Source: an uncultured Enterobacteriaceae bacterium (lineage in GTDB: Bacteria > Pseudomonadota > Gammaproteobacteria > Eutrophobiales > Eutrophobiaceae). Taken from it: 56,737 nt of DNA. The DNA lies in contig CAYOEQ010000001.1 in assembly GCA_964402775.1 (NCBI GenBank), positions 1 to 56,737 on the forward strand. Direction: 5' to 3'. Position numbers and translations under genes: made by a program. Shown piece after piece: positions 43,708 through 52,586 of the stretch (positions are counted from its first letter, which is position 1; every line of letters starts with the position of its first letter). Under the pieces are notes generated by a model. It was given only the letters and a program-made list of their open reading frames with translations, ran no database searches and was not told where the DNA came from.

Positions 43708-45987
43708 ATGAAGTTACGGCTTATTTCATCAGTGACAACAAAATACGTAACGGGTTTGCTGTTCTGCACAGGTTTGCTGGGCTCGTCCGCATACTCGGCT
43801 GTGCTTGAAGAGGTGGTAGTGACGGCGCAGAAACGGGAACAGAGCCTGCAGGACGTGGGCATTTCCGTCACGGCTTTCAGCGGTAACCAGATCCGGGAAC
43901 TGGGATATACGAATACCATTGATATCGCTGCGCAAACGCCCGGGTTGGGGATAATCCAGTATCACCCGACACTGACTACGACCAACATCCGCGGCATCTC
44001 TCAAAATGATTTTGCCGACCACCTGGAGCCCCCTATCGCGATGTACGTCGATGAGGCCTATGTCAGCGCCATGGGCGCCGGCCATACGCAACTGTATGAC
44101 TTGGAGCGAGTGGAAGTATTGCGCGGCCCGCAGGGCACCCTGTTCGGACGCAACGCGACCGGCGGTTTGCTGCACTATGTCAGTGCCGGACCTACTGAAA
44201 CTCCCGAGGGATATGTAGAATTTACCTATGGTTCTTATGATCAAAAGAAATTTGAAGGCGCGCTCAGCGGACCGCTGGGCGAGAACTTGCTGGCGCGTGT
44301 CTCATTCGCAGGAAATTTTCATGATGGCGTAGCGGAGAACCGCATCGGACCTGATGTGCGCGGCAGCGATCATTATGCCTTGCGCGGCCAACTGGAATTC
44401 CGTCCCGCTGACAACGTCACGCTGAACCTGAAAGCGCATTATGCCAATGATGACGACGAACACGGCAATGCCTACACGCATACACCTATCTCGGCAAATG
44501 AAGACGGCCTCGGTTATGAAATCAGCGCCGATTCCCTGGTAAACGGGTTCTGTCCGGGATGCGACTTTTACGGTTACCGGGATCCTGATGACGATCCCTA
44601 CACCAATTCCTACGATTATATCGGGGAATTCCGCCGGTCAATTGCCGGTGTTACCGGCAAATTGAGCTGGGACATGGGTGGCATCACCCTGACATCCATT
44701 ACCGATTACCTGCAAATGAATAAAAACTATGGTGAAGATACGGATGGTTCTCCCAATCCCGTATTCGTATTTATTACCGACCAGGATTTTGAACAGTTCT
44801 CCCAGGAACTGAGATTATACGGTGAGGCGGGTGAGAATCTGCGCTGGACCACCGGGTTTTATTACCTGGATATTGAACATGCCGGCAATCTCAATTACTT
44901 TCTTGACCTGCCCTTCTTTTCCCCAACGTATTCCTTTGGGGAACCGACTTCTTATATTTCAGGGCCGACGACTAATAACGTAGAGACGGAATCCTGGGCC
45001 ATATTCGGCCACCTGGAGTACGACTTTAACGAACAATGGGGCGTCATCGCGGCCTTGCGTTACACGGAAGATAAGAAAGATACGGTGTTCCAGTCAGCCG
45101 ACGTCCTGGGGGGCAACGTCACCGGCCTGGGATTTACTCTCACTATCCCGTTTGACCTGTCGACCGATCCGGATTTCGACTTGTTCGACCAAAGCTTTGA
45201 AAACGTGTCCGCCAAGTTCGAAATCGACTGGCGCCCGACTGAAGACACCCTGGTATTTGCCAGCTTCAACCGCGGTCACAAAGCCGGTGGCTCGCGCGTG
45301 GTGGCAGGCGGCAATCCGACCACTGCCATACCGACGTTTCCCCATGATGAAGAAGTGTTGCACAGTTGGGAGCTTGGCTTTAAAACCACTTTGTTCGACG
45401 GACGGGCACAGTTGAATGCCAACGCATTTTATTACGATTACCAGGACTACCAGGCTTTTGTTGTCATTCCGGGTGCGATACCGGCTTCGCTGACCATTAT
45501 CAACCTGGATGCGGAAGCGGTCGGCGGCGAGGTCGAATTGACGCTGCAGCCCACCGAACGCTGGGGTTTTCGTTTCGGCGCATCATTCGAAGACAGTGAA
45601 GTGAAGGATGTCCTGCTCCCCAGCGGGCGCTTCGTCGATAATGACCTGCCCTACGCTCCTTCGTTCACCTTGAACGGGCTGGCCCGGTATGGATGGCCGG
45701 CCCTCGGCGGTACCTTGGCGATCCAGGGTGATTTCAACTATTCGGAAGATTTCTGTTTCAGTGTACTGTGTGCGCCGCTGGACCAGGAAGATTCCTTCGT
45801 GATTGGGAATTTCCGTGTCAGCTATACGTCAGGGGATGAAAGTTGGAAACTGGCTGCCTTTGTCAATAACGTGAGTGATACGGAGTACCGCCTGTACACG
45901 CTGGACATCAGTGGGCTGTCCATTGGAAACGACGCCTACGCGCATCCACGCTGGGCCGGCGGCACCATTACCTATAGCTGGCAGTAA
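43708..45987 (+). CDS. TonB-dependent receptor (D)
   Basis: Signal peptide, VLEEVVVTAQKREQSLQDVGISV and VEVLRGPQGTLFGRNATGG. 759 aa. It ends ...TITYSWQ, so the terminal residue is not aromatic, unlike receptors A-C. Confidence 0.9.
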   Translation: MKLRLISSVTTKYVTGLLFCTGLLGSSAYSAVLEEVVVTAQKREQSLQDVGISVTAFSGNQIRELGYTNTIDIAAQTPGLGIIQYHPTLTTTNIRGISQNDFADHLEPPIAMYVDEAYVSAMGAGHTQLYDLERVEVLRGPQGTLFGRNATGGLLHYVSAGPTETPEGYVEFTYGSYDQKKFEGALSGPLGENLLARVSFAGNFHDGVAENRIGPDVRGSDHYALRGQLEFRPADNVTLNLKAHYANDDDEHGNAYTHTPISANEDGLGYEISADSLVNGFCPGCDFYGYRDPDDDPYTNSYDYIGEFRRSIAGVTGKLSWDMGGITLTSITDYLQMNKNYGEDTDGSPNPVFVFITDQDFEQFSQELRLYGEAGENLRWTTGFYYLDIEHAGNLNYFLDLPFFSPTYSFGEPTSYISGPTTNNVETESWAIFGHLEYDFNEQWGVIAALRYTEDKKDTVFQSADVLGGNVTGLGFTLTIPFDLSTDPDFDLFDQSFENVSAKFEIDWRPTEDTLVFASFNRGHKAGGSRVVAGGNPTTAIPTFPHDEEVLHSWELGFKTTLFDGRAQLNANAFYYDYQDYQAFVVIPGAIPASLTIINLDAEAVGGEVELTLQPTERWGFRFGASFEDSEVKDVLLPSGRFVDNDLPYAPSFTLNGLARYGWPALGGTLAIQGDFNYSEDFCFSVLCAPLDQEDSFVIGNFRVSYTSGDESWKLAAFVNNVSDTEYRLYTLDISGLSIGNDAYAHPRWAGGTITYSWQ

Positions 45988-46040
45988 ATTCCAGTACCCG
46001 CAACTGATGCCCGGGATCAGAGTAGTGTCACAGAGACAAT

Positions 46041-46065
46041 GGGGACGGATTTTAAATCCGTCCCC
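46041..46065. repeat. hairpin family 2 variant (GGGGACGGATTT-T-AAATCCGTCCCC)
   Basis: 12-bp perfect arms, within the composite repeat region downstream of receptor D. Confidence 0.75.
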
Positions 46066-46080
46066 GACATGCTAGATTCA

Positions 46081-46120
46081 GGGGTCAGAGTATGCTTGCT
46101 CTGACCTCGCTCTGACCTCG
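46081..46120. repeat. REP-like element family 1 with tandemly duplicated right arm
   Basis: GGGGTCAGAGTATGCTT then GCTCTGACCTC twice (46098-46108 and 46109-46119). A degenerate half site GGGATCAGAGTAG lies at 46012-46024. Confidence 0.75.
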
Positions 46121-46142
46121 AATATCCCGGCCCCATAAATCC

Positions 46143-47738
46143 ATGGCTACAAACACAACGTATGACGCCGTCATCATCGGCGCCGGCCACAACGGATTGA
46201 CCTGCGCCAACTACCTCGCCCGCAAGGGGCTGAAAGTGAAAGTAGTCGAACGCCGCCACGTGGTCGGCGGCGCCGTCGTCACGGAAGAGTTCCATCCCGG
46301 TTACCGCAATTCAACCTGTTCCTATGCGGTGAGCCTGCTCAATCCCAAAGTGATCCGCGACCTGGATCTGCAGAAATACGGATTGGAAATCAAAGACAGG
46401 GAATTTACTGCCCTCGTGCTTGGCGCAAATGATACATACCTGTTTACCGACAGAAATCTCGAGCAGTTTGTCGCGCAGTTACGCCAGGCCCGCCCGGGAG
46501 ATGACGAGGCCTACCGCGAATATAACACGGTGATCCAGCAGGTCGCCGACGTATTGCGGGACATGGTGCTGGAGACGCCGCCGAATATCGGCGGCGGGTT
46601 AACGGACCTGTGGCGCGCCGGGAAACTGGCCAACAGGATGCGGCGCCTGGACCCTGCTCTGCAACGGGAAACGATCAAGCTGTTTACCATGAGTGTGGGG
46701 GATTACCTGAAACAGTGGTTCGGCGGGGACCTGATACTGGCGCTGGAGAGTTATATCGCCATGGTGGGTAACATGCAATCGGTTTACGCCGGCGGTTCGG
46801 CCTACGTGTTGCTGCACCACATGTTTGGTGAGGTGAACGGGCAGAAAGGGCGCTGGGGGCATGTTACGGGCGGGATGGGCGGCATCACCCAGGCGATGGC
46901 AAAGTCTGCCGAGGCACAGGGCGTAGAGATTGAAGTCAGCGCGCCTGTCAAGGAAGTAGTCGTAAAAAATAATCGGGCCTGTGGCGTAAAACTGGAAGAC
47001 GGACGGGAGATCCGTGCAAAAGTCACTGCGGCGAACGTCAATCCGAAACTGCTGTTCCAGAGACTGGTGAACCAGGAATACCTGGAAGCGGATTTCAGCC
47101 GCCAGATCGATCATTACCGCTGTGTCTCCGGCACGTTTCGCATGAACGTAGCGCTGGACGAACTGCCGCGGTTTCGTTGTCTCGACGGGAAACCGGATTA
47201 TGAGCGTTACCTGCAGGGAAGTGTGTTCGTCACCAACTCAATGCAGTACAACGAACGGGCCTACCAGGACGCCATGAACCTGGGCTGGTCGCAAAAACCC
47301 ATCGTCCACATGATGATACCCTCCCTCTATGACGACACCCTGGCGCCCGAAGGTAAACACGTTGCCAGTATGTTTTGCCAACACTTCAACCCGGTATTGC
47401 CGGACGGCAAAAACTGGGATGATGTCAAAGAACAGGTCGCGGATTTGCTCATCAATACCGTCAATGATTACGCACCCAATTTCAAGCAGGCAATTGTTGG
47501 CCGGATGGCGCTCAGTCCGCTCGACCTGGAACGGGAGTTCGGACTGACCGGCGGCGATATCTTCCACGGTTGCGTCCAACCCGACCAGCTCTTCTCACTG
47601 AGGCCGGTAGCCGGTTATGCCGATTACCGGATGCCGGTTAAAGGCCTTTACCTGTGTGGTTCCGGCGCACACCCCGGCGGCGGGGTAACCGGCTGCCCGG
47701 GACATAACGCCGCGCGTGAGATCCTGAAGGATCTCTGA
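46143..47738 (+). CDS. NAD(P)/FAD-dependent oxidoreductase, phytoene-desaturase (CrtI)-related family
   Basis: N-terminal YDAVIIGAGHNGLTCANYLARKGLKVKVVERRHVVGG and C-terminal GLYLCGSGAHPGGGVTG. 531 aa. Confidence 0.85.
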   Translation: MATNTTYDAVIIGAGHNGLTCANYLARKGLKVKVVERRHVVGGAVVTEEFHPGYRNSTCSYAVSLLNPKVIRDLDLQKYGLEIKDREFTALVLGANDTYLFTDRNLEQFVAQLRQARPGDDEAYREYNTVIQQVADVLRDMVLETPPNIGGGLTDLWRAGKLANRMRRLDPALQRETIKLFTMSVGDYLKQWFGGDLILALESYIAMVGNMQSVYAGGSAYVLLHHMFGEVNGQKGRWGHVTGGMGGITQAMAKSAEAQGVEIEVSAPVKEVVVKNNRACGVKLEDGREIRAKVTAANVNPKLLFQRLVNQEYLEADFSRQIDHYRCVSGTFRMNVALDELPRFRCLDGKPDYERYLQGSVFVTNSMQYNERAYQDAMNLGWSQKPIVHMMIPSLYDDTLAPEGKHVASMFCQHFNPVLPDGKNWDDVKEQVADLLINTVNDYAPNFKQAIVGRMALSPLDLEREFGLTGGDIFHGCVQPDQLFSLRPVAGYADYRMPVKGLYLCGSGAHPGGGVTGCPGHNAAREILKDL

Positions 47739-47754
47739 TTTTCAGGTATTTTGA

Positions 47755-47785
47755 GTATCAGAGTATAATTCGAAGAATGTTACCC
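47755..47785. repeat. decayed copy of the 41-nt REP subfamily
   Basis: GTATCAGAGTATAATTCGAAGAATGTTACCC retains the AATTCGAAGAATGTT loop of 31235-31276 (reverse complement), but both arms are eroded. Confidence 0.55.
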
Positions 47786-47865
47786 TTGGATTAGACGTCC
47801 GGATGTGCCTGCTGGTGGGGGCATACCTGATCTGTCCCTTCCCGCTCTTCGCCGTTAGAGAAATT

Positions 47866-47913
47866 TTGAGTTGTCATTCTATGTGGATTACAATAGCTGT
47901 TACTATCCACATA
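47866..47913 (+). promoter_or_regulatory. candidate toxin-antitoxin promoter with overlapping operator palindrome
   Basis: TTGAGT (47866-47871)-N17-TACAAT (47889-47894). Inverted repeat TATGTGGAT (47880-47888) / ATCCACATA (47905-47913) brackets the -10 element. Confidence 0.5.
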
Positions 47914-47926
47914 TTAATGTCCGGCT

Positions 47927-48160
47927 ATGAAAACAGTACAAATGACACTGGATGAAGAACTGTTGCACTCAGTTGATCAACTGGCAAGGGAGTTGAAGAC
48001 GACCCGCTCGGCTTTTGCGCGTTTTGCCTTGCAGAAGGCCCTTGACTACCATCAGGTTCGGAGGCAGGAAGAGAAACACCGAAAAGGTTATGAGACTTAT
48101 CCCGTGGCCAATGGCGAGTTCGACGTCTGGAAAGAAGAGCAAAATTGGGGAGATAATTGA
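47927..48160 (+). CDS. ribbon-helix-helix (CopG/MazE-like) antitoxin
   Basis: 77 aa. N-terminal RHH pattern MKTVQMTLDEELLHSVDQLARELKTTRSAFARFALQKAL. 4-nt overlap with the toxin gene. Confidence 0.8.
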   Translation: MKTVQMTLDEELLHSVDQLARELKTTRSAFARFALQKALDYHQVRRQEEKHRKGYETYPVANGEFDVWKEEQNWGDN

Positions 48161-48468
48161 ACAGGGGCGAGGTCAGGTGGTATAGATTCAGGGCACCGGA
48201 TAAAAAACGGCCGGTCCTTATCCTGTCCCGGGCCTCTGCGCTTGAATACCTCGGTGAAGTGACGATTGCTCCCGTCACATCCACTATCAGGGACATCCCC
48301 AGTGAGGTAATCCTGACGGAAAACGATGGGATGCCCCATGAATGCGCGATCAATTTTGACCATATCCAGACGGTGTCAAAAGGCAAAATCGGGGCGTATA
48401 TCACATCACTTTCACAAACCAGACTTGCACAGACGAAGACAGCCATCCTGTTTGCCCTGGGATTATGA
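48157..48468 (+). CDS. PemK/MazF-family type II toxin (mRNA interferase)
   Basis: 103 aa with a TTG start. Motifs RGEVRWYRF...KKRPVLILS and IAPVTSTIRDIPSEV...INFDHIQTVSK. Confidence 0.85.
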   Translation: MNRGEVRWYRFRAPDKKRPVLILSRASALEYLGEVTIAPVTSTIRDIPSEVILTENDGMPHECAINFDHIQTVSKGKIGAYITSLSQTRLAQTKTAILFALGL

Positions 48469-49025
48469 TGCGAGTAACTAACCTGCTACTGCCGGGCTTA
48501 TTGCTTTGTTTATTTTGCGCCGGCCCGCTCGCCCAGGAAGAGATCGTCGTGGAACAGGTCTCCACCGAGTTGAGTGGAGACGACTATTATCTTGATGCAC
48601 GGGTTGACTTCAACCTGGATGACGACCTGCTGGAAGCGCTGGACCACGGCATGGAGCTGGACGTCCGCATCATTGTCAGGGTCAGGGAAAACCGCAAATG
48701 GCTCTGGGACAGGGTCTACAAGGAAACAAAGATAAAATTCAAGCTGGACCACCTGCCGCTGTCAGACGTATATATTATTACCGACGTCAGGAAATCCGAG
48801 CAACGCCAGTTCGATACCCTGGAAAATGCCCTGAAGTACATGGGGAAGGTCGATCGGCACTTGTTATTGAACACGGGGGAAATAGCAGGCGGACCGAAGC
48901 TGGGTGGTTTGATCAAGGGTGTGATTAACGTAAAAGACCTGCCGCAGCCGATGAAGCCCGTTGCCTTCCTGATTAACAAATGGCGTTCCGACAGCGGTTG
49001 GCACAAGTGGATAATCACGCAATGA
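48465..49025 (+). CDS. DUF4390-like exported protein
   Basis: 186 aa with a signal peptide. The family assignment is from memory of the rsmB / two-component neighbourhood. Its ATG overlaps the toxin stop (ATGA). Confidence 0.65.
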   Translation: MMRVTNLLLPGLLLCLFCAGPLAQEEIVVEQVSTELSGDDYYLDARVDFNLDDDLLEALDHGMELDVRIIVRVRENRKWLWDRVYKETKIKFKLDHLPLSDVYIITDVRKSEQRQFDTLENALKYMGKVDRHLLLNTGEIAGGPKLGGLIKGVINVKDLPQPMKPVAFLINKWRSDSGWHKWIITQ

Positions 49026-51226
49026 ACAGCGGACGATTGATACTGCTGATGGGCATTCTGTTGTTCGTCTGTATGCTGGCATCACTGCTGATATTGAGCA
49101 GGGCCTTACAGAACCCGGTCCAGTTCTACCAGTTCCATACCGGCCTGCTGGTTTTCAATACACTCGGCCTGCTCACCCTCATCGTGTTGATCGGGTTGAA
49201 TATTCGAAACCTGATCAAGCAGGCCAGGGAACGTGTCGCCGGCGCCAGGCTGACGGTGCGCATGGTCACCATGTTCGTGGTCCTATCGGTCACTCCGGTG
49301 CTTGTCCTGTACTACTTCTCCCTTGATTTCCTGTACCGGGGCATTGACAGCTGGTTTGATTTACGCATTGAGAACGCCCTGGAGGACTCCCTTGAGCTAA
49401 GCCGCCTTGGCCTTGAGAATCGCATGAAGGAACTCCTCAGGCAGTCTGAGGAAATGGCTGAAGAGATAGCGCGGACCCCTGACGCGTCGATCCCCCTTGA
49501 AGTCGACCGCCTGCGCAGCCGGAGCGGCGCCGATGAACTGACCGTGATAACGAGACAGGGGATTATCATCGGTTCCAGTTCGGCAAACCCGGACAACCTG
49601 GTGCCGGAATCGCCCGACGACAGCGTACTGTTCCAGGTTTTGCAGGGTAACAGTTATATCGGTATGGACACCATCAGAAACGCCGGGCTGTCCTTTCGGG
49701 TCGTGGTAAACCTGCCCATTTTCGGATTCGATGTCGGTCCGCGCATCCTTCATGCCCTGTACCCCGTAACCGAACGGGTAAACGACCTGGCGCAAAGCGT
49801 TCAATCGGCTTTTACCCAGTACCAGGAACTGTCTTACCTGAGGGAGCAGCTCAAGCTGAGTTTTCTCCTGATCCTGACCATGGTCTTCCTGTTCAGCATG
49901 TTCTCCGCGGTCTGGGCCGCGTTTTACTCCGCCAGGAGACTGGTCGCGCCGATACGCGACCTGGCGGAAGGAACCAAATCCGTGGCTGAGGGCGATTACC
50001 ATACCACGCTGCCGGTACCGGGCAATGATGAACTGGGCTTCCTGGTCGCCTCGTTCAACGACATGACCCGCAAGATCGCCAGCGCACGGGATGCGGCCAA
50101 AAGCAGCCAGGACGAGGCGGAGACCCAGCAGAAATACCTGGAGGCCGTCCTGGAGCGGCTGTCATCAGGCGTGCTGGTCCTGGATTCGGATAATTCCCTG
50201 CGCACCGCCAATATCAGCGGCGGCAGGATCCTGGGCCTGGACATCAGTGAAATCATCGGCCGTCCGTTCGAGAGCATCTGCGAGCGCTACAAACACCTGG
50301 AACAACTGCATAACATGATCCGGTCCCACCTGGACCAGGACGACCTGGTGTGGGATCAGCAGGTAACCCTGTTCGGCGCAAGCGGGCGCCAGGTGCTCAT
50401 GTGCAGGGGTACATCCGTTGTCCCGGCCCGGGAAAAAGCCCCGGTCCACATCATTGTTTTCGACGACATCACGGCGCTGCTGCAGGGGCAGCGGGACGCG
50501 GCCTGGGGCGAAATGGCGCGGCGCCTGGCGCACGAGATCAAAAACCCGCTGACTCCTATTCAACTGGCGGCGGAGAGGCTGCGTCATAAATACCTCAGGT
50601 CATCCCCGCCGGACCGGGCGGACACCCTGGACCGGCTCACCACCACGATTATCAACCAGGTGGAAACCATGAAAGGCATGGTCAACGCTTTTTCCGACTA
50701 TGCCAGAGCGCCGGCCACTGCGCCCCGGGCAGTGGACCTGAACCGCCTGCTGGAAGAAGTCGCGGACCTGTACCGGGATATGGACGCCAGTGTCACAATC
50801 AGCCTCAGTCTTACCGAAGGTCAATCCGTCATCAGCGCCGACCCGGAACGCCTGCGGCAGGTCTTCAATAACGTCATCAAGAACGCTCTCGATGCCCGCG
50901 TGGAGGGAAAAGACCTGTCCCTGTCGGTCTCTACCTCTCATATCAGCCAGCCGGCCATGGATTACATGGAAATCCGAATCAGGGATACCGGCTGCGGCGT
51001 AAACGAGGATATAATGGCAACCGTATTCGAACCGTACGTAACCACCAAACAGAAAGGCACAGGCCTGGGGCTGGCAATCGTGAAGAAAATCGTGGAAGAA
51101 CATGGCGGACTGGTAATGATCAGGAACAACGTGGACGGGCCGGGCGCCTGCGTCATCATCAGGTTGCCGGTCACCAGGAGCGACATCATGCAGGCGCGCG
51201 CCGCAACCGGGAGCGGGGGCGCATGA
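49022..51226 (+). CDS. sensor histidine kinase (TM-HAMP-PAS-HisKA-HATPase; NtrY-like architecture)
   Basis: Start at ATG 49022 (ATGA overlap with the upstream gene). Hydrophobic N-terminal segments, HAMP (RRLVAPIRDLAEGTKSVAEGDY), H-box LAHEIKNPLTPI, and N/G boxes NVIKNALDA, DTGCGV and GTGLGLAIV. Confidence 0.9.
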   Translation: MNSGRLILLMGILLFVCMLASLLILSRALQNPVQFYQFHTGLLVFNTLGLLTLIVLIGLNIRNLIKQARERVAGARLTVRMVTMFVVLSVTPVLVLYYFSLDFLYRGIDSWFDLRIENALEDSLELSRLGLENRMKELLRQSEEMAEEIARTPDASIPLEVDRLRSRSGADELTVITRQGIIIGSSSANPDNLVPESPDDSVLFQVLQGNSYIGMDTIRNAGLSFRVVVNLPIFGFDVGPRILHALYPVTERVNDLAQSVQSAFTQYQELSYLREQLKLSFLLILTMVFLFSMFSAVWAAFYSARRLVAPIRDLAEGTKSVAEGDYHTTLPVPGNDELGFLVASFNDMTRKIASARDAAKSSQDEAETQQKYLEAVLERLSSGVLVLDSDNSLRTANISGGRILGLDISEIIGRPFESICERYKHLEQLHNMIRSHLDQDDLVWDQQVTLFGASGRQVLMCRGTSVVPAREKAPVHIIVFDDITALLQGQRDAAWGEMARRLAHEIKNPLTPIQLAAERLRHKYLRSSPPDRADTLDRLTTTIINQVETMKGMVNAFSDYARAPATAPRAVDLNRLLEEVADLYRDMDASVTISLSLTEGQSVISADPERLRQVFNNVIKNALDARVEGKDLSLSVSTSHISQPAMDYMEIRIRDTGCGVNEDIMATVFEPYVTTKQKGTGLGLAIVKKIVEEHGGLVMIRNNVDGPGACVIIRLPVTRSDIMQARAATGSGGA

Positions 51227-51227
51227 C

Positions 51228-52586
51228 ATGAACCCCGGCGAAAAAATACTTGTTGTAGACGATGAGGCAGAGATCAGGAACCTGATCCGGGAGATCCTCG
51301 AAGACGAGGGGTTCGACGTGGCGACCGCGGAAAACGGCGCCGGCGCCCGGACGCTGCTGGAACAGTTCCGGCCCAGGCTGGTGCTGCTGGATATCTGGAT
51401 GCCGGACGTGGACGGCATTACCCTGTTGAAGGAGTGGCATGAGTCGGGCAGGCTGTCCAACCCCGTCATCATGATGTCCGGGCACGGAAACATAGGCACT
51501 GCGGTCGAGGCCACGCGTCTCGGCGCCTACGATTACCTGGAAAAACCCCTGTCCATGGCCAAGCTGACCCTCACCATAAAAAATGCCCTGGACGCCTCCC
51601 GTCTGCGCAGGGAAAACCTGAGGCTGCGACGGCACTCGCAGGAACCGCACCGGATTATCGGCAAGAGCAAGTTGATGGTGAAACTGCGCGAACAGTTGAA
51701 CAAGGTTGCCGGCCTGGAAACCCCGATGCTGATTGTCGGAGAGCCGGGCACGGACAAGGAGGCGGTTGCCCGCTACCTGCACTCGGCCGGCGCGCGCAAG
51801 GACAAGTCCTTTGTTACCGTAAGCGTACCGGCCAGGGACCAGGAATCCGTGCTCTACGAGTTGTATGGCGAAGAGACCGGGGCCGGCACGCAGGGCGGGC
51901 TCCTGGATGAGGCTGAAGGAGGTACGCTGTTCATCAAGGATATTGCCGATATGGACCTCGCAGCCCAGGCGCGCCTGCAGGACGTGCTGAAGAGCCGGGC
52001 CTATAAAAGAGTTAACGGCGCGGCAGCGGTCCCGCTCAATACCAGGATCATCGCCGCCACCCGCTACAACCTTGCCGACCGGGTAAGGGAGGCAGCTTTC
52101 ATGGATGAACTTTATTTCCAGTTGAACGTGGTGCCGATTACGGTGCCGCCGCTCAGGGAACACTATGAAGACGTGCCCGACATCCTGGAGTATTTCGTCA
52201 CCTGGTTTATCGAGCGGGAGGGATTGCCTTACCGGTCTTTTTCCACCGCGGCGCAAAACAGGCTGCGACGCTATCCCTGGCCCGGAAATACCCGGGAACT
52301 GAAAAACCTTGTGCAGAGAATGCTGATCCTGGGAGGCGCTGCGACTATCGACCTGGATGAAGTTGAGGCTGCGCTGGGAGATGCGCCGGCAAGAAGAGAT
52401 TCCGAGAGTGTGAAGAACCTGGATCTCCCCCTGCGCCAGGCCCGGGAAAACTTCGAGCGGGACTACCTGGAGTACCAGTTGAAACTGGCCAACGGCAGCG
52501 TCAGCAAAATGGCCAGGAGCGTCCACATGGAACGCACCCATCTCTACAGGAAGCTGAAGTCTCTCGGTATCGATATAAAATCGTGA
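51228..52586 (+). CDS. response regulator with receiver, degenerate sigma54-type AAA+ domain and Fis-type HTH (NtrX-like)
   Basis: Receiver ILVVDDE...LVLLDIWMPDVDG. AAA+ region GEPGTDKE, RIIAATRYNL and WPGNTRELKN. C-terminal HTH SKMARSVHMERTHLYRKLK. Confidence 0.9.
   Translation: MNPGEKILVVDDEAEIRNLIREILEDEGFDVATAENGAGARTLLEQFRPRLVLLDIWMPDVDGITLLKEWHESGRLSNPVIMMSGHGNIGTAVEATRLGAYDYLEKPLSMAKLTLTIKNALDASRLRRENLRLRRHSQEPHRIIGKSKLMVKLREQLNKVAGLETPMLIVGEPGTDKEAVARYLHSAGARKDKSFVTVSVPARDQESVLYELYGEETGAGTQGGLLDEAEGGTLFIKDIADMDLAAQARLQDVLKSRAYKRVNGAAAVPLNTRIIAATRYNLADRVREAAFMDELYFQLNVVPITVPPLREHYEDVPDILEYFVTWFIEREGLPYRSFSTAAQNRLRRYPWPGNTRELKNLVQRMLILGGAATIDLDEVEAALGDAPARRDSESVKNLDLPLRQARENFERDYLEYQLKLANGSVSKMARSVHMERTHLYRKLKSLGIDIKS

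Noticed and set aside
47925-48446. 173-aa minus-strand ORF opposite the toxin-antitoxin genes
   Set aside because: The plus-strand RHH antitoxin and MazF toxin are clearly recognisable and overlap in operon fashion. The antisense ORF has no family resemblance.
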